Source of the DNA: Tubiluchus corallicola
Lineage: Eukaryota; Animalia; Priapulida
DNA: 64,000 bases
Reading direction: 5' to 3'
Assembly: GCA_030141605.1 (NCBI GenBank)
Contig: JAQGDQ010000318.1
Coordinates: 124,001-188,000, forward strand
Shown: positions 22,490-35,159 of the stretch, piece by piece
Numbering within the stretch: position 1 is the stretch's first letter
Layout of the letters: every line of letters begins with the position of its first letter
Made by a program: the position numbers and the translations under genes
Notes under the pieces: model-generated
Seen by the model: only the letters and a program-made list of their open reading frames with translations
The model's database searches: none
Told to the model about the DNA's origin: nothing

Positions 22490-22907
22490 GAAAAAGTCAC
22501 TAAGTTTAGGTGTCATAGCAGTATCTGCCAACGAAAAAATCAATAACTTTAAGTGTCACATGGTGTTTGCAAACAAAGAATCAATAACTTTAACTGTCAC
22601 AGTATTTGCAAACAAAAAATCAATAACTTTGGTGTCGCACAGTGTTGGCAAACAAAAAAAATCAATAACTTTAACTGTCACAGTATTTGCAAACAAAAAT
22701 TCAATAATTTTAGGTGTCACACAGAGTTTGCAAACAAAAAATCAATATGTTTAGATGTCATGGCGGTTTCTGCCAACAAAAAATCAATAAGTTTAGGTGG
22801 CATAGCAGTGTTTGCAAACAAAAAATCAATAACTTTAGGTGTCACACAGTCTTTGTAAACAAAAAATCAATAAGTTTACATGTCATAACAGTGTCTGCCA
22901 ACAAACA

Positions 22908-22943
<36 letters not shown>

Positions 22944-23015
22944 TGCCATAGCAGTATCTGCCAACAAAAAATCAATAAGTTTAGGTGCCATAGTACATCT
23001 GCAAAAAAATTAATA
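22490..23015. repeat. ~42-bp minisatellite with embedded (TA)n
   Basis: aacaaaaaatcaataa.tttaggtgtca.agcagt.t.tgc repeated ~12 times. Confidence 0.92.
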
Positions 23016-23436
23016 ACTTCAGGCTTACTGTTCTTGGGATAACCACCTGTTAAGGGTACAAACAGCCAGCGATTCGTCAGGGAAAATAAAGCCAGCAATT
23101 TTTTCCACAATTTGCCCTAAAATGGCCAATAGCCAGTCATGATGAGGGGTCAAGATTTCTGTTGACGTTATTCTTGAGATAAGTGAAATTGTAGTTTTTA
23201 ATATAAAGAAATTTCTGGTCCAGAATTCCATAGATAAGAAGCCAACGGAAAAAACTGGATTTATAAGCAGCTGCTTTACAGCTAGGAATATCTAAAGAAG
23301 AGCAAAAGCGAATAGTATCAACCTCCCCCTCTAAACATGAGAGATGGGAACACCCAAATAAATTTTAAAGCACCTGCACCATCTCAACATGAGAGACAGA
23401 AACACCCACATAAATCTTAAAGCACCTCCCCAGTCT

Positions 23437-23967
23437 CAACAGTGCTACTGTAAGATATTCAGTGTGTTGTACTAAAACTAGGTAAGTTCTAAGGTAAAAA
23501 TTCAAATTTAAAATCACCGCTGTGCTCGTGCATGAGTTGTCGACTGACACGTTTGAAATGAAAGTTTCAACACCTGTTTTTTTTCCGAAATGCATTCAAT
23601 TATTACGTTTCCTTTCAATATTTTAAGGAGTAGATTGTTTTGATCCGCAGCTTAAGATTGGGTCCAGTTTTGCTTTAATAACTTAGTGTAGAACGTGTGT
23701 AGTTCGTCACAAACTAACACATCTGAACTGAGATGTACAGCACCTGATTTTTGAGCAATGCATTTCCGAAATGCAGGCGGTAGTGCCCGTCTAACTAGCG
23801 AATGGCGAAATGCATGTAACATTGAAGAACTAGTGGCGCAAACGTGAAATAGTGTTTGTGTGGTAGTAATTCTTTCACGTAAGTCCTTTTCGAAAAAAAC
23901 AGTATGTTTCCTTTTAAGGAATACATTGTATTGGCCTACAGTTTAAGATTGGGTTACCGGTTTTGCT
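23437..23967 (+). mobile_element. Two consecutive 3' portions of family A (23437-23674 and ~23690-23967)
   Basis: Both end ..TTTTGCT|TTAA and match 15660-16042. Confidence 0.78.
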
Positions 23968-23996
23968 TTAAAAGAAGCCAAGTATCTTTCTCTTAC

Positions 23997-24108
23997 CGAG
24001 TTTGGACAATTTGACAGTCCAATGCTTAACAATGTGGTTAACATAACCATTACGCCACTGAAGTCCGTCCATTTCTGGCTTCCGCGAGCTGCCTGCTCTT
24101 ATATCCAT
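23997..24108 (-). CDS. Putative alternative first exon of a short forked/espin-like isoform
   Basis: ATG at 24108, MDIRAGSSRKPEMDGLQWRNGYVNHIVKHWTVKLSKL then G|gtaaga, phase 1, compatible with the 22435 acceptor. Confidence 0.55.
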
Positions 24109-24372
24109 GACTCAGATAACAATCGACCCAGCTGGTTTAATTCCCTTAGATGTTCCAGTTGATTCTCGATCACTTTAACTACTTCAATTATTTCAACTTT
24201 CAGCTGTTTCACGTTTAACTCGTTTCCTAGTAGAATCTTTTTGCGAAATATTCAGAACTCTTTTTGATTCAGCGAAAAATATATATCGGGTGGCCCAAAA
24301 AAGAACGTGCCAAAGTTTTGACCACAGTGTTATACGAAGAAAATAACGAAAACGCTTGAAAATTATCACACT

Positions 24373-24555
24373 TGATGATGATGATCATGATAGTGATGTT
24401 GATGATGACAGCGACGACGACAACAATAACAACGATGACGATGATGATGATACTGAATATGACGAAAACGATTGTGGTGATGGTGATGGTGGCGGTGGTG
24501 ATGATGATGGTGGTGGTGATGATGATAATGATGATGATGACGATGATGATGATGA
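24373..24555. repeat. Imperfect (GAT/GGT/GAC)n repeat
   Basis: Direct reading. Confidence 0.93.
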
Positions 24556-24728
24556 GTCTTTATTAGCCTCTTTTTGCAGGGAAGAATTTCTGTACAGACA
24601 TTATACAATTTTACATAGACACTAGAGTGAATTCTACAATATTACATGTTTTGAATTGTAACCAGAATTATTTCGAATTTTTGACTTCAATTATACACCA
24701 GTTATTGAGCAATCATACTTTTGTAGAA

Positions 24729-25005
24729 TAGGATGATGTACATTGATAATTGTTTCTGGTATCGCTTCTGTACTCCGTGAGCTTTGTATATTCAATTTTA
24801 AGTGTTAACTAATGAATTACTTGTGTTTTTGAACTAACTATCTATATTATATTACAAGACTATATTAAAATAATACGTTTGTATAACTAATAGGATGATG
24901 TACATTGATAATTGTTTCTGGTATCGCTTCTGTACTCTGTGAACTTTGTATATTCAATTTTAAGTGTTAACTAATGAATTATTTGTATTTTTGTAACTAT
25001 ATATT
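24729..25005. repeat. ~161-bp tandem duplication
   Basis: taggatgatgtacattgataattgtttctggtatcgcttctgtactc.. at ~24729 and ~24891. Confidence 0.9.
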
Positions 25006-25382
25006 AACTATATTCTTGATAACCAGTTGTGCGTATCTGTTCTCAACTAAAATGTATTTGTTACACAGTGGAAAAACTCCGATCAGAAATATTACTATAT
25101 GTCAATCCACTTAAAAAATAAAGTTCATATATCGAGTCGAAAAATTTCAATTTTGCAGCACACTTGCTTCTAAAATTATTGTAGTCTAAACTTTGGCACG
25201 TTTTTTACACCACCCAATATCGCACAAGAACTGAACCACAATTTTTTTACGAAATATCACGCGAATAGGACACACGCCAGAAGGAGACACAGGTAGGTGT
25301 TGTCCAAGCACAGGAAGCAAACAGCAAAAGTTTCCACTGATTCTGCCTCGACCTTCTACGGTAAGTTTGCCATCCAAACTAC

Positions 25383-25466
25383 CTGGCTTCTTGTCTGATG
25401 AATATTGCAGTGATTCTGAGGCCCTCGAGGCTTTCGAAGGTCCCCCGAGAGTCCGAAAGGCCAGAA
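25383..25466 (-). CDS. Putative symmetric cassette exon of the forked/espin-like gene
   Basis: cattttcctcaatag|(V)LAFRTLGGPSKASRASESLQYSSDKKP G|gtagtt; 84 bp, phase 1-1. Confidence 0.55.
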
Positions 25467-25995
25467 CTATTGAGGAAAATGAAATAAAGACACATTTCAG
25501 ATGGAGGAAAGAGGTGGGGCAATGAAACATTTTACTCGAGCAGAAGCAAATGGCTTCGCTGGTCTATAAAACGGGAGTTTTTGTCGCCCGTAGCTGTACA
25601 GAATAAGCTGATGTCGAAATGCAAGGTACGGTAAAGGGCGTCCGGAACCCCAATGATAACATGGTGCTCCTACAACTAATCATGAAAATTTAATGCCCCA
25701 TCGGGTAGTGGCTTCACACGATGGCTGGTTAATGTTTAATTATTAGACATCAGATAATTAAACACTCGCTGAAGCCATGCAGAGCTTTGATTAAACAAGA
25801 AATTTGTTAATGAAGGGGGATTGATTATTGATTATTACAGATTAATATTGAACTAAGATTACGTTTAAGCAAAATGTTGCACCTGCAAAAACAGGCAACA
25901 AGAGCAGTGGTAATAGCAGAGGTTGTGGCAGTACTGTGCAACACGTCACTAGAACAGTAGAAGTGATAGCAACATATGTTAACCACCACATGCCA

Positions 25996-26308
25996 ACACA
26001 GCAGCAACAGCAGCAACAACAGCAAAAACAACAACAAAAGCTGCAGCAGCAGCAGTGAAAACAACAACAACGATAATGACAGCAACAGCAACAGTGACAG
26101 TGACAATAGCAACAACAGCAACAAAAGCTGCAGCAACAGCAAAAACAACAACAACGACAATGAAGCAACAGTGACAGTGACAATAGCAAAAACAAGAAAA
26201 AAAGCTGCTGCAGCAGCAAAAACAACAACAACGACAATGACAGCGACAGTGACAGCGGCAACAGCAACAACAACAAGAGCAGCAGCAGCAGCAACAACAA
26301 CAACAACA
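25996..26308. repeat. Imperfect (CAA/CAG)n repeat
   Basis: Direct reading. Confidence 0.93.
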
Positions 26309-26699
26309 GAAAGTCTAATTCAAAGATCTCTGCTATACTCTCAATCATAGATCCGTTTTCCCATAATTTCGGTAATAATTCATGTTCACTTCCGGGATAC
26401 ACAGTACATCCAGGAATAATCTTTCACGTCGTGTGTTCTCAACTTCCTAGTGCAGTAACAGGTCATTGAAATTTTATTGAGCCTCGAAAATCTCTTGTAA
26501 AAATATTATTGAAAAACAGGTTGATGAAGAGGGCGCATCAGTAAGCTAAAATGGTTGCTAAAAATTACCTGTGCACCCTTAAGATGCACCCCCAAAAAGC
26601 ATTCGTTTTAAAAAAAACTTGCCTTTTTTAAGCCTTCTAGAATCAGGGAGTTGCTCAGCAATCTTTTAGCTGGTAGGTGTGGTCTGCGGTTTACTTAAC

Positions 26700-27152
26700 A
26701 TAAACCTGGATCAGCCCTATGATCTGCAGCTTCTGCTCCATGCTGATATTATACCTAGATTTTCTTAAACCTGGATCAGCCTGGATAAACCTTAAACTCT
26801 ACCCCTGCTTTTCCTAAAACTTGTAACAGTCCTGTACTTGACCCTTTCCTTCTCCTAAACCAAATTCAGACCTCTAATCTGCCCCGTACTTCTCCTAAAC
26901 CTGGATCAGCCCTATACTCTGCCCCCTTTCTTCACATAGACCAAATTCAGCCATATACTCTCTCCCTTAGTCCCCAAAACCACATTCACACCTCTAATCT
27001 GCCCCATACTTCTCCTAAACCTGGATCAGCCCCTTACTCTGCCTCCTTTCTTCGCCCTGTACTCTCTCCCTTTCTCCCCCAAAACCACATTCAGCCCTGC
27101 CCTGTACTCTGCCACTTACTTCTCCTAAACCTGGATCAGCCACCTGGATCAG
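26700..27152. repeat. Degenerate C-rich minisatellite
   Basis: ctcctaaacctggatcagcc recurs with variable spacers. Confidence 0.8.
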
Positions 27153-27937
27153 AGAACTCACAGGGAACAGAAGCGTCAGTGTTTTTCTACCCAAAAAGCC
27201 AACAGACATAATCCCTTGTTAATTTAGCAATTACATACCTACCAGGTTACAAACAGGTATAATGAGACCGAAAGTGAAAGACATAATTGACTACTCAGAA
27301 AACAGGTGTGCGTTACCTTTTCAGATAAATAAATGACAGGTTAGAGGCCAACTTGTGAGGAAGGTGACTCATGAGGAGAATGGATGTAGATAAAGGAATT
27401 ATTATATATATTCTTATCATTGGAGATCTTATTTATAGAAATTGCTAATCTGAATCCTTTTTCTGGGTCGTTATTTACATTTAAACCTTTCTATTGTAAT
27501 ATTTACTGCTAGGCACCACTGGCTTTGTTTGTTTGTTTGTTTGTATCCAAATTTCAAACAAAATTGGATCATATTATTAGATATATTCGTCCCAATGTAG
27601 AATAACCAAACTCTTGGAGTTCCATTCTAATGATCTGTTGAGAAAATTTCATATTAACTTTTGCTGTACAGGTGACTAAGTTTAAAGCTGATGAAGATGA
27701 AATTTTAGAAGAACCAGCAAGTGAACACTGTTAGACTATTATAAAAATTTTCACAAGACTTGAAAAGCCAAGCATAAATAATATAGCATAAACAATATAG
27801 TGCAATAGTGGAAAGCTTCTTTTTATCCTTTGTGCTCTTATATATCTATGCCAACTTGCCACAGAACTTTGTTTTGTACTAATAGGAGCACCTCAATTAC
27901 CAGTTGGTCATTCTGTTCAGTTAGTAACACATATTAA

Positions 27938-28467
27938 AGGAAAACCGGATGATTGTGTAAACACCAGTTCAGAATAATGAATGCTCTAAAATATTGAAAA
28001 CTATAATAGCTTATTTTAAATCAAAGCTTAGATTAAATAATAAATAACTCGGATACTCAAATTTCGTTAAACTTTCAAAGCTACGCGCGGCTCAGTGAAT
28101 CTATTAAGCTTGGCAGCGTACCATTTTATCACATTCGCGTGGCCGACAAATCGAAGGCGGTACCGTGATAACCATGATCACCAACGACAGTGTTAGTTTC
28201 TGACATCATATGATGTAAAAACCATTTTTCATGACATCATGCAGTACTGTAACACTGCAAATGTGTTTGATGCACAAGGAAAACCCCTGCCTTTGCACAA
28301 ACCGTGGTTAGTTTTTGACGTAAGCAACAGCTGTGTTCGGTTGCCGTTAATTAACTTTCTAAGCTAATTATTCAAATATAAGAAACAATTGCTGACTTTT
28401 ATAGGCAAGAAAATATATATTTTTGACAGTAAATTAGATTGAATCTAAACAATCATCCGGTCTTCTT
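27938..28467 (+). mobile_element. Kolobok-like family B copy 1
   Basis: TTAA|AGGAAAACCGGATGATTGT ... ACAATCATCCGGTCTTCTT|TTAA; homolog 42509-43056. Confidence 0.87.
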
Positions 28468-28724
28468 TTAACGATTTATCAAAGAACTGTATATCGACGT
28501 TATTTACAGAATCAAGAAAAGCATTGAGACGAATCTTAAACTTGCCTAGAAATTCTCATTCTAGCATGACATTGTACCCCCTTTTCTTGTCCTTTAAACC
28601 TACTTCAGTTACCCCTTTTCTTGTCCTTCAAACCTACTTCAGTACCCCCTTTTCTTGTCCTTGTTTTTTGAGCTAGACCTTCGTGGGGTAATTTTTACCC
28701 AACTTGGTCTTTGTTGTACTGTAC

Positions 28725-30361
28725 GCGGACATTAAGTTCATTCTTGGTGCGGCGACGATTGTCGCTAGCCTTGGAGTACGTCAGGGGAGCCCAACCAGCT
28801 GTTTTTTGTTCACGTGTTACGTGAATTAGTTACGTGAAAAATAATTAGTGAATTAAAACGTCGATGTGATCCTGATGGATATTTGGGCTGGCTGCACTCG
28901 TTGCTGCTCATGGACGACACGGTATTATTAGCGACGACTCGAGAGAAGGCCGAATACAAATTTTCCACTTTACTGGACTTTTGCGAACAATACGGAATGG
29001 TAATAAATGCTTCCAAAACAAAGTTTATGGTAATCAACGGTGACGTTGAGGATAAATGTACTATGATCGTTCGCAATATCGAAGTTGAAAATTGTGAGAA
29101 GTACGTGTACCTCGGAGCCACATTTACCCAAGATGGAAAAGTCTAATCTTCAATTGACGAACATTGTAGTGGTAAATACGGCCAGTTATGGAAGTTCATT
29201 GCCTTTGCATAAAAAAACGTAGACTTCCCGATATGGATAAAAATGAAAGTGCTCGAATCTGCATTTCTACCCGCATTATTGAATCTTGGCTCAGTAACAC
29301 GTACGGTCATTTGGACACTGTGTACATGACAGCAGTAAAAGCGTTACTTGGAGTCCGGAAAACGACGGCAAATTTGATTTGTTTAGCGGAAGCTGGAATT
29401 CCCAGCCTCCGCTAAATACAGCAGTCACAAAGAAATTTGCTATTGAAACTTGTTCGGAAGATTTCTCTCTGCTTGCCCTTTAATCTAAAGTTGTACTTAT
29501 TTAGAATTGCCTGTAAACTTGGCTTCGTTATATGCATTTAGTAGGTCAGCCAATCAGAACTGAGCACGTTTTTTAGTCTACTCATTGGAAGCGAAGAAAT
29601 CGCCACGTATTTGATTTGTTCTGTAATATTGAATTTAAAATAAAAGTTTTTGGGATTTACTTCAAAACAAAACTGATGAGTCAAAGAACTGTTATGGTGG
29701 ACGATCCATTTATGTTTGTTTGGAATTTATGTAAAACTAACAATACCAAAGGATAAAAGTACCTCCAAAAAATCCTTTCTACTGATATCAAAGACGATGT
29801 TCCGGCAAAAATTCGTAACAAAACGGGAACAAAATTTTTGACATTTTTAGAACTCAACTCATGTTTAGAACCTCATAAAGTCTATAATGATATGGAATCT
29901 GAAATCCCGGACTACCAAAGAGTTGAATTTACCAGACTTAGGACGTCATCGCATAATCTCATGGTAGAAACCGTGAGACGTTGGCCCAGAATACCGAGAG
30001 AAGACAGATTATGTACATGTGGGAAGAAGTTCAAACAGAAGCCCACGTCTTATTGAGATGTCCGGTGACAGAAGATTTACGAGTTGAACTTTTCTAGCAT
30101 TTGTAACCCTATGCACTCCCCAAATTTAACGTCGTTAATGAAATATTGTTGGAGATGTGTTAAGACGTATGAGTGAAGAACTATTGTGCCCCTACATTAA
30201 AACGCGATATTTTTGTTGATTCGGTAAAGAAATTTGCCCTCTGTATATGATTTTTTGTTTTGTAGTTAAATTTTAATTTCGTTAATTATATAGTTATCGT
30301 TGCCTACTTACGTTATGTGAAATCATTACGTTGAATAAACTAATTCTAATTCTAATTCTAA
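28725..30361 (+). mobile_element. Degenerate 5'-truncated LINE (RTE-X-like) with (TTCTAA)n tail
   Basis: GVRQGSPTSCFLF, LLLMDDTVLL, YVYLG, then TRLRTSSHNL.VET.RW.RIPREDRLCTCG and HVLL.CP; stops and frameshifts; AATAAA then taattctaattctaattcta. Confidence 0.85.
29451..29669 (+). mobile_element. Solo LTR (219 bp) inserted in the LINE
   Basis: TGTTCGGAAG...CTTCAAAACA termini, perfect 5-bp TSD AAACT (29446-50, 29670-74), internal AATAAA near 29640. Confidence 0.82.
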
Positions 30362-30485
30362 TGTAAAAAACACCTTGGTGGGCTAAGGGTTAAGTAGAAA
30401 TACAGTCCTCAATTGCAAATTACTACAAAACACATCTATAGACCATATAAACTACTGTCCACAAGTAATTCAATGTAATTCTTAC

Positions 30486-32058
30486 CATTTCCCTTGGAAA
30501 TATTTGCCTTCTTCAAAGACACCGATTGCAGCTCTTTCAGAGATATCGCTGGCCCTGTTGACAGCGGTGTAGAGGGCGCTGTTGACGATGGCGTGCTGCT
30601 CTTAGAAGTGCTGGCACTGGCACTTACAATGCCCCCAGGAGGTGGTAGAGGCGGTGGCGGAGGCGGCGGGGCAGGTACGCCACCTGTCTGCAGTGCGGAA
30701 ATGCTTGAAAGATCAGTTGATATGTCTAACGTATTGGGTGGCGCGTCTGTTCTCATTGGCGGAAAATCAACGCTCATTTTGTTTTCACTGTTAATCACAT
30801 TGTTCAGTTGGTCATCACAGGAAATTGTCAAACTGCTTTCTTCTGATGAATGTTCCGAGACCTTGGTCTCGTCGAATGCACCATCGTTATCACCACATCC
30901 GTCAAATTTATCGCTTGACGGCGACTGTTTTTTGAGCAAACTTATGTCATCGATCGACAACCTCTTTCCGAGAAAGTTTTTTAGTTCACCCTGTACCTTT
31001 TGCTTTTGCGAAGACAATAGTGAAGACCCGCGGTACTGGTCACCCTGTACAGTAAACTGTTGCTGTTTAAATGGCTGCACACTTCTGGTCTTAACGTGAA
31101 GACTGTCGTTGCTCGACGTACTAGAAGGTGACAGCTGACTTGGCGATGAAAAGTCTGCAGAAGAGGTGCTGGCCGCATCGACCGTAGTGCTATCATTGCC
31201 GTTTGAACTGTTATCGTCCATTTGCTGAAACGGCAGATGCCTTCGAGCCTTCGAGTTGCCGTCGTCGTCGTTCAATACTGATGACTGTTTTTGTTTGTGT
31301 TCCATCATTCTGGCTTTTTCCCTGATTTTCAGCTGAAATGAAGTCAGATGTTCCTCCTCGTCGTCTGCGTCCGATGAGTCCATGACGACTGCACTGTTTT
31401 TAAAAGTCACACTCTTTTGCACAGTTTCGGTTCCCACTTGCGGCTCACCACCACTGCCCCCGCTGCCCCCACTTGACCTTGAACCTTGTCGGGAATGTGG
31501 GGACGACTTACTTCCTGGACCGAGAGCTTGCAGATAATCATCGAATGTTGGGGGATAGCTATCGATCCCTGAGTCGCCGCTGACCTGCGATGAACCACTG
31601 GTCTTACGCAGTCGGTCGCCGATCACGTCTCGTTTTCTGGAATTCTCCAGCAATTTTTGCTTCGTTCCACGACTCCCGTTCTGTTCGTTCCGCTGAATAA
31701 CGTCAAAGGAGTCATAGTCTGGATCGGGAACGAAAACATTATCAGCTAAAACACCATTACTGTACCTGCCATGCGGTAAATTTCCGTTCTGAAGTGGTGA
31801 ATTTCCGTTTGTCGCATTGTTCTGGTCATTGTGATTATGCACCTTCTGGTTTGTCCTGTGGGAACATATGTCGCCATGGTGATCCTGTTGACGATGCTGG
31901 TGCTTTGGATGTTTCCCCTTTTTGTTTGGTCGGCCGGGTACAGCAGGCAACCCACTGGAGTTATACACTTCGGCTTGCACCAGCTGTTTATGTATGCCAT
32001 TCAGTTGTTTGGCGCTTGGTTTTGTTAGACTGTATACCTTTTCTTCGGCACGTTCCAC
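30486..32058 (-). CDS. forked/espin-like gene, large low-complexity exon (polyproline + LKK motif)
   Basis: tgttattttcag|VERAEEK...FVPDPDYD...PAPPPPPPPLPPP...ISLKELQSVSLKKANISKGN G|gtaag; 1573 bp, phase 0 to 1. Confidence 0.88.
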
Positions 32059-33432
32059 CTGAAAATAACACAACAGACTTATTACGTTCTCTGACAAAAC
32101 ATCGTACTTTGAGCAAAAAATACCATAACATTTTATCACAATAAATTCACATGTGAACAATGCCATTGTCAGGAAAACATATGCCTAAGGAGTTTTAACC
32201 AAAAACAAAAACTAATGCAACGTAACCAATACCAGGACCTTTTACTAAGCAAAGTCAAGTGTGGCATTTAAACCACCAAAGACGGAAAAAATGACTGACC
32301 TATTCTAGTTTTTTTTCAAACACAAAAAAGCCCATCGATTAGCCTATGTAATATGTTACAGCAAAGCCTTGCGCTAAAGTTCTTTTACATCACAAATAAA
32401 CAAGGAAAATGGTTTGAATGAATTGTTAGTTAGAACTTATCGTTCTAGTGAAAAACAATAGGGTTTTTAGGAGTTCTATTTTGCATTCATTCATTCATTA
32501 GTAACCTGATAGAAAACTTTAGTCACCCAGATTACACAACACACTAAAGTAATAATTTTGGCCTAAATTGGACACTCATTAATTTACTGAAAGTCACCAT
32601 TTTGGCAGAAATTAGCCACTAATTAATTAAAAAATAGCCTTCGTTTTGGCTATCATTATCCACTATTTGATTGCCAATTCACTATAACTGCAATGATAAC
32701 AATACTAATTCCGCAGTAATGACCGTGATCATTGTTACTACTTAATTACTTAATTAGCTACCATCCAACTTTGATTACCATGAGCTCTTAGCAAATATTG
32801 CAGTAGTGTTTTGTCTGCTGTTGCAATAAATAACCATGTTTATGTAATGAAGACAAAAGACAAAGACAACATTTGCTTACCGTTGCTCATTTAACAGACA
32901 ATATTAGCACTAACGGACTAATTAACCACTTACAGTTATAGGTAATTAACGACTAATTAGCCACAATATAGGTAAGGATGCAATACACAAATAAAAAATT
33001 ACATGCAAGGCATATGCCCTGGGGTTTGGCATCCGCCAGATTTAAACACACTACAACAACAAAGTTTAAATTATCTTAAAAATTAAAAAGCAATTAAATG
33101 AATTAAATTATTGTAAACAAGCTCATCATGTAACTGCTTGCGCAAAGTACTTAGCTATAAGACGGCCAAACTGCTGAAACTTAAGCTCACAAGAAGACGT
33201 AACCATTGTGACAAGTCAGCAGAAGACGTTACCATGGTGACAGCTCAGCAGAGGACCGTTACTAGGAAAAGTTATTTGTAACTATGTAACAATGACTAAA
33301 AATTGCATACCAAAATTTAGGAACAGCAATTTGTACATTGCTAGAATAGTAACAAGCAGTTAGGATTAGACGCTTTATTACCATACATTCATTACAAGAC
33401 TTTTCCTGATTGTCAAGATGTGTTATATATAT

Positions 33433-33588
33433 ATGTATGTATGTATGTACGTACGTATGTATGTATGTATGTATGTATGTATGTATGTATGTATGTATGT
33501 ATGTATGTATGTATGTATGTATGTATGTATGTATGTATGTATGTATGTATGTATGTATGTATGTATGTATGTATGTATGTATGTATGT
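33433..33588. repeat. (TATG)n microsatellite
   Basis: Direct reading. Confidence 0.98.
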
Positions 33589-34713
33589 ACTACAATAAAG
33601 CTATATGATCATGCCGATCTTACGTTGGATTATATACTTCTTTATTCAACACGCGAGTTTAATACAGACATAAATTGTGAAACCGGCATACATTCGCATA
33701 CATCATTACTATGCTTTGTGGTTGCAGTCTGAAATCTAACCACTAGACTACTCAGGCCCAGGATTTCTAGTAATTACACCATTTCCTGTTGTTTTTTCTG
33801 AAAGGATGTTCAAAATGAGCGTCCAGTGGAAATATATTGCGTTCTCTGCATAAGCGTGCTCATATTTTTGAGTTGAGTTACGTAACTCCTTCAGGACCAT
33901 AAGTGTTTACTGCATTTTGCATGGGTTCATGAAAAACTGCTCTCACTAAGCAGCGATTACATTATACTTGGTAATTTTTTAGGTTTCTACTCCTCACACA
34001 ACGGATTTTAATGCAAAATTATATGTGAAATGCATTTGCTTATCTTGGACAAATTAAGCATCGATATTTGATAAATAAATTGAATAAAGCTTTTAGTAAT
34101 TGCAGTGTTTGCACTGTAACATGTAAAGTATCACTTGTGTGAAGTCGGCTAATGCAGAAAATTTCAACTATCCAGACACAACACTCTGATACACCTTGTC
34201 CTCAAGTCTACTCTATTTTTCAGAAGATATTCCTGTTAAAAGATAAAACGACTTTATTTGTCCTTGGTTGATCCTGGGCGTTGTTTTTTTTCCTGGAATA
34301 GCAGCAGAACACTGTACAGCTTGGGTGGGAGCTAACAGACGATCAATAAATTAGTGTGTACGATTACGCAAGTGTACACCAGACTAAACTGCCCAATAAC
34401 CTAAGCTGGAGTGCTTGAAGAGGGTGTGTTTTTCTTAATTTTATCCAATTAAACCACTTATAAATGTTTAAACAAATGGCATGATTGGATAGCCGAGATT
34501 CTTCTGAATAGAACAGTACCTAATTTGTAATCATCTAATTATGCCTGTCCTCATACAGTAGCAGAAAAGTCGTAGGATTATAAGACCCATTTTGCAAGGT
34601 GCGGTCCTGAAGGAATTAAGGGGTTATCCCTGATCTATTTCCCAAAGACAATTATTACAATTCCATGCAATGTTGCACCATCAGGTATGAAGTATCTACA
34701 AATATCTGCACAC

Positions 34714-34850
34714 CTTGTAGGGCGTATTCTGTAGAACGGCGTATATGGGATCCATCTCGTCTGAATCAACGTCGTAGGAGCTGGGCGGCTCTAGGGCAAA
34801 GTTTTGATAATGGTGCTTGCTCTCCTTGCCTTCCCTTTTTACCTCTCGCT
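34714..34850 (-). CDS. forked/espin-like gene internal exon
   Basis: ttttttgcag|(E)REVKREGKESKHHYQNFALEPPSSYDVDSDEMDPIYAVLQNTPYK|gtgtgc; 137 bp, phase 1 to 0. Confidence 0.75.
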
Positions 34851-35159
34851 CTGCAAAAAACGAATTAAAGGAATTAACACAACAAGAAGTTCGTTCTCAA
34901 TAGGTGGCGCTATTTTCTGCCAAATTGAGCTGGCTTAGATTTAGGTTCAGTGGGATTAAAACTAAAAAGCAACAGGATTTCTGTAAATACACGGATGTAC
35001 TGGATAAATGGATTACTCGCATTGCAACTGAAACTACAGGAAAATCAGAACTTTTCTTGCCATAAGGCTCTCGTTTCTAATCCTGGTGACTGACAGTCTT
35101 ACAGAATTTTCCACGTTTCAAATTTGACTGCTGATTTGGACATACTTCTAAAGGGTGGC

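Larger units (their letters stand above)
27630..30389 (+). mobile_element. piggyBac-like element copy 3 (inverted relative to copies 1-2), split by nested insertions
   Basis: 27630-27933, 28668-28723 and 30361-30389 are consecutive pieces of the reverse complement of copies 1/2; ends GGCTAAGGG|TTAA; left terminus not identified. Confidence 0.82.

Noticed and set aside
24285-24350. Tc1/mariner-like terminus (cgggtggcccaaaaaagaac; similar at ~51983)
   Set aside because: No matching opposite TIR or TSD found; too short to call
30436-32166. Stand-alone 576-aa single-exon gene
   Set aside because: Acceptor at 32059-60 and donor at 30485 show it is an internal exon; the ORF ends are intronic
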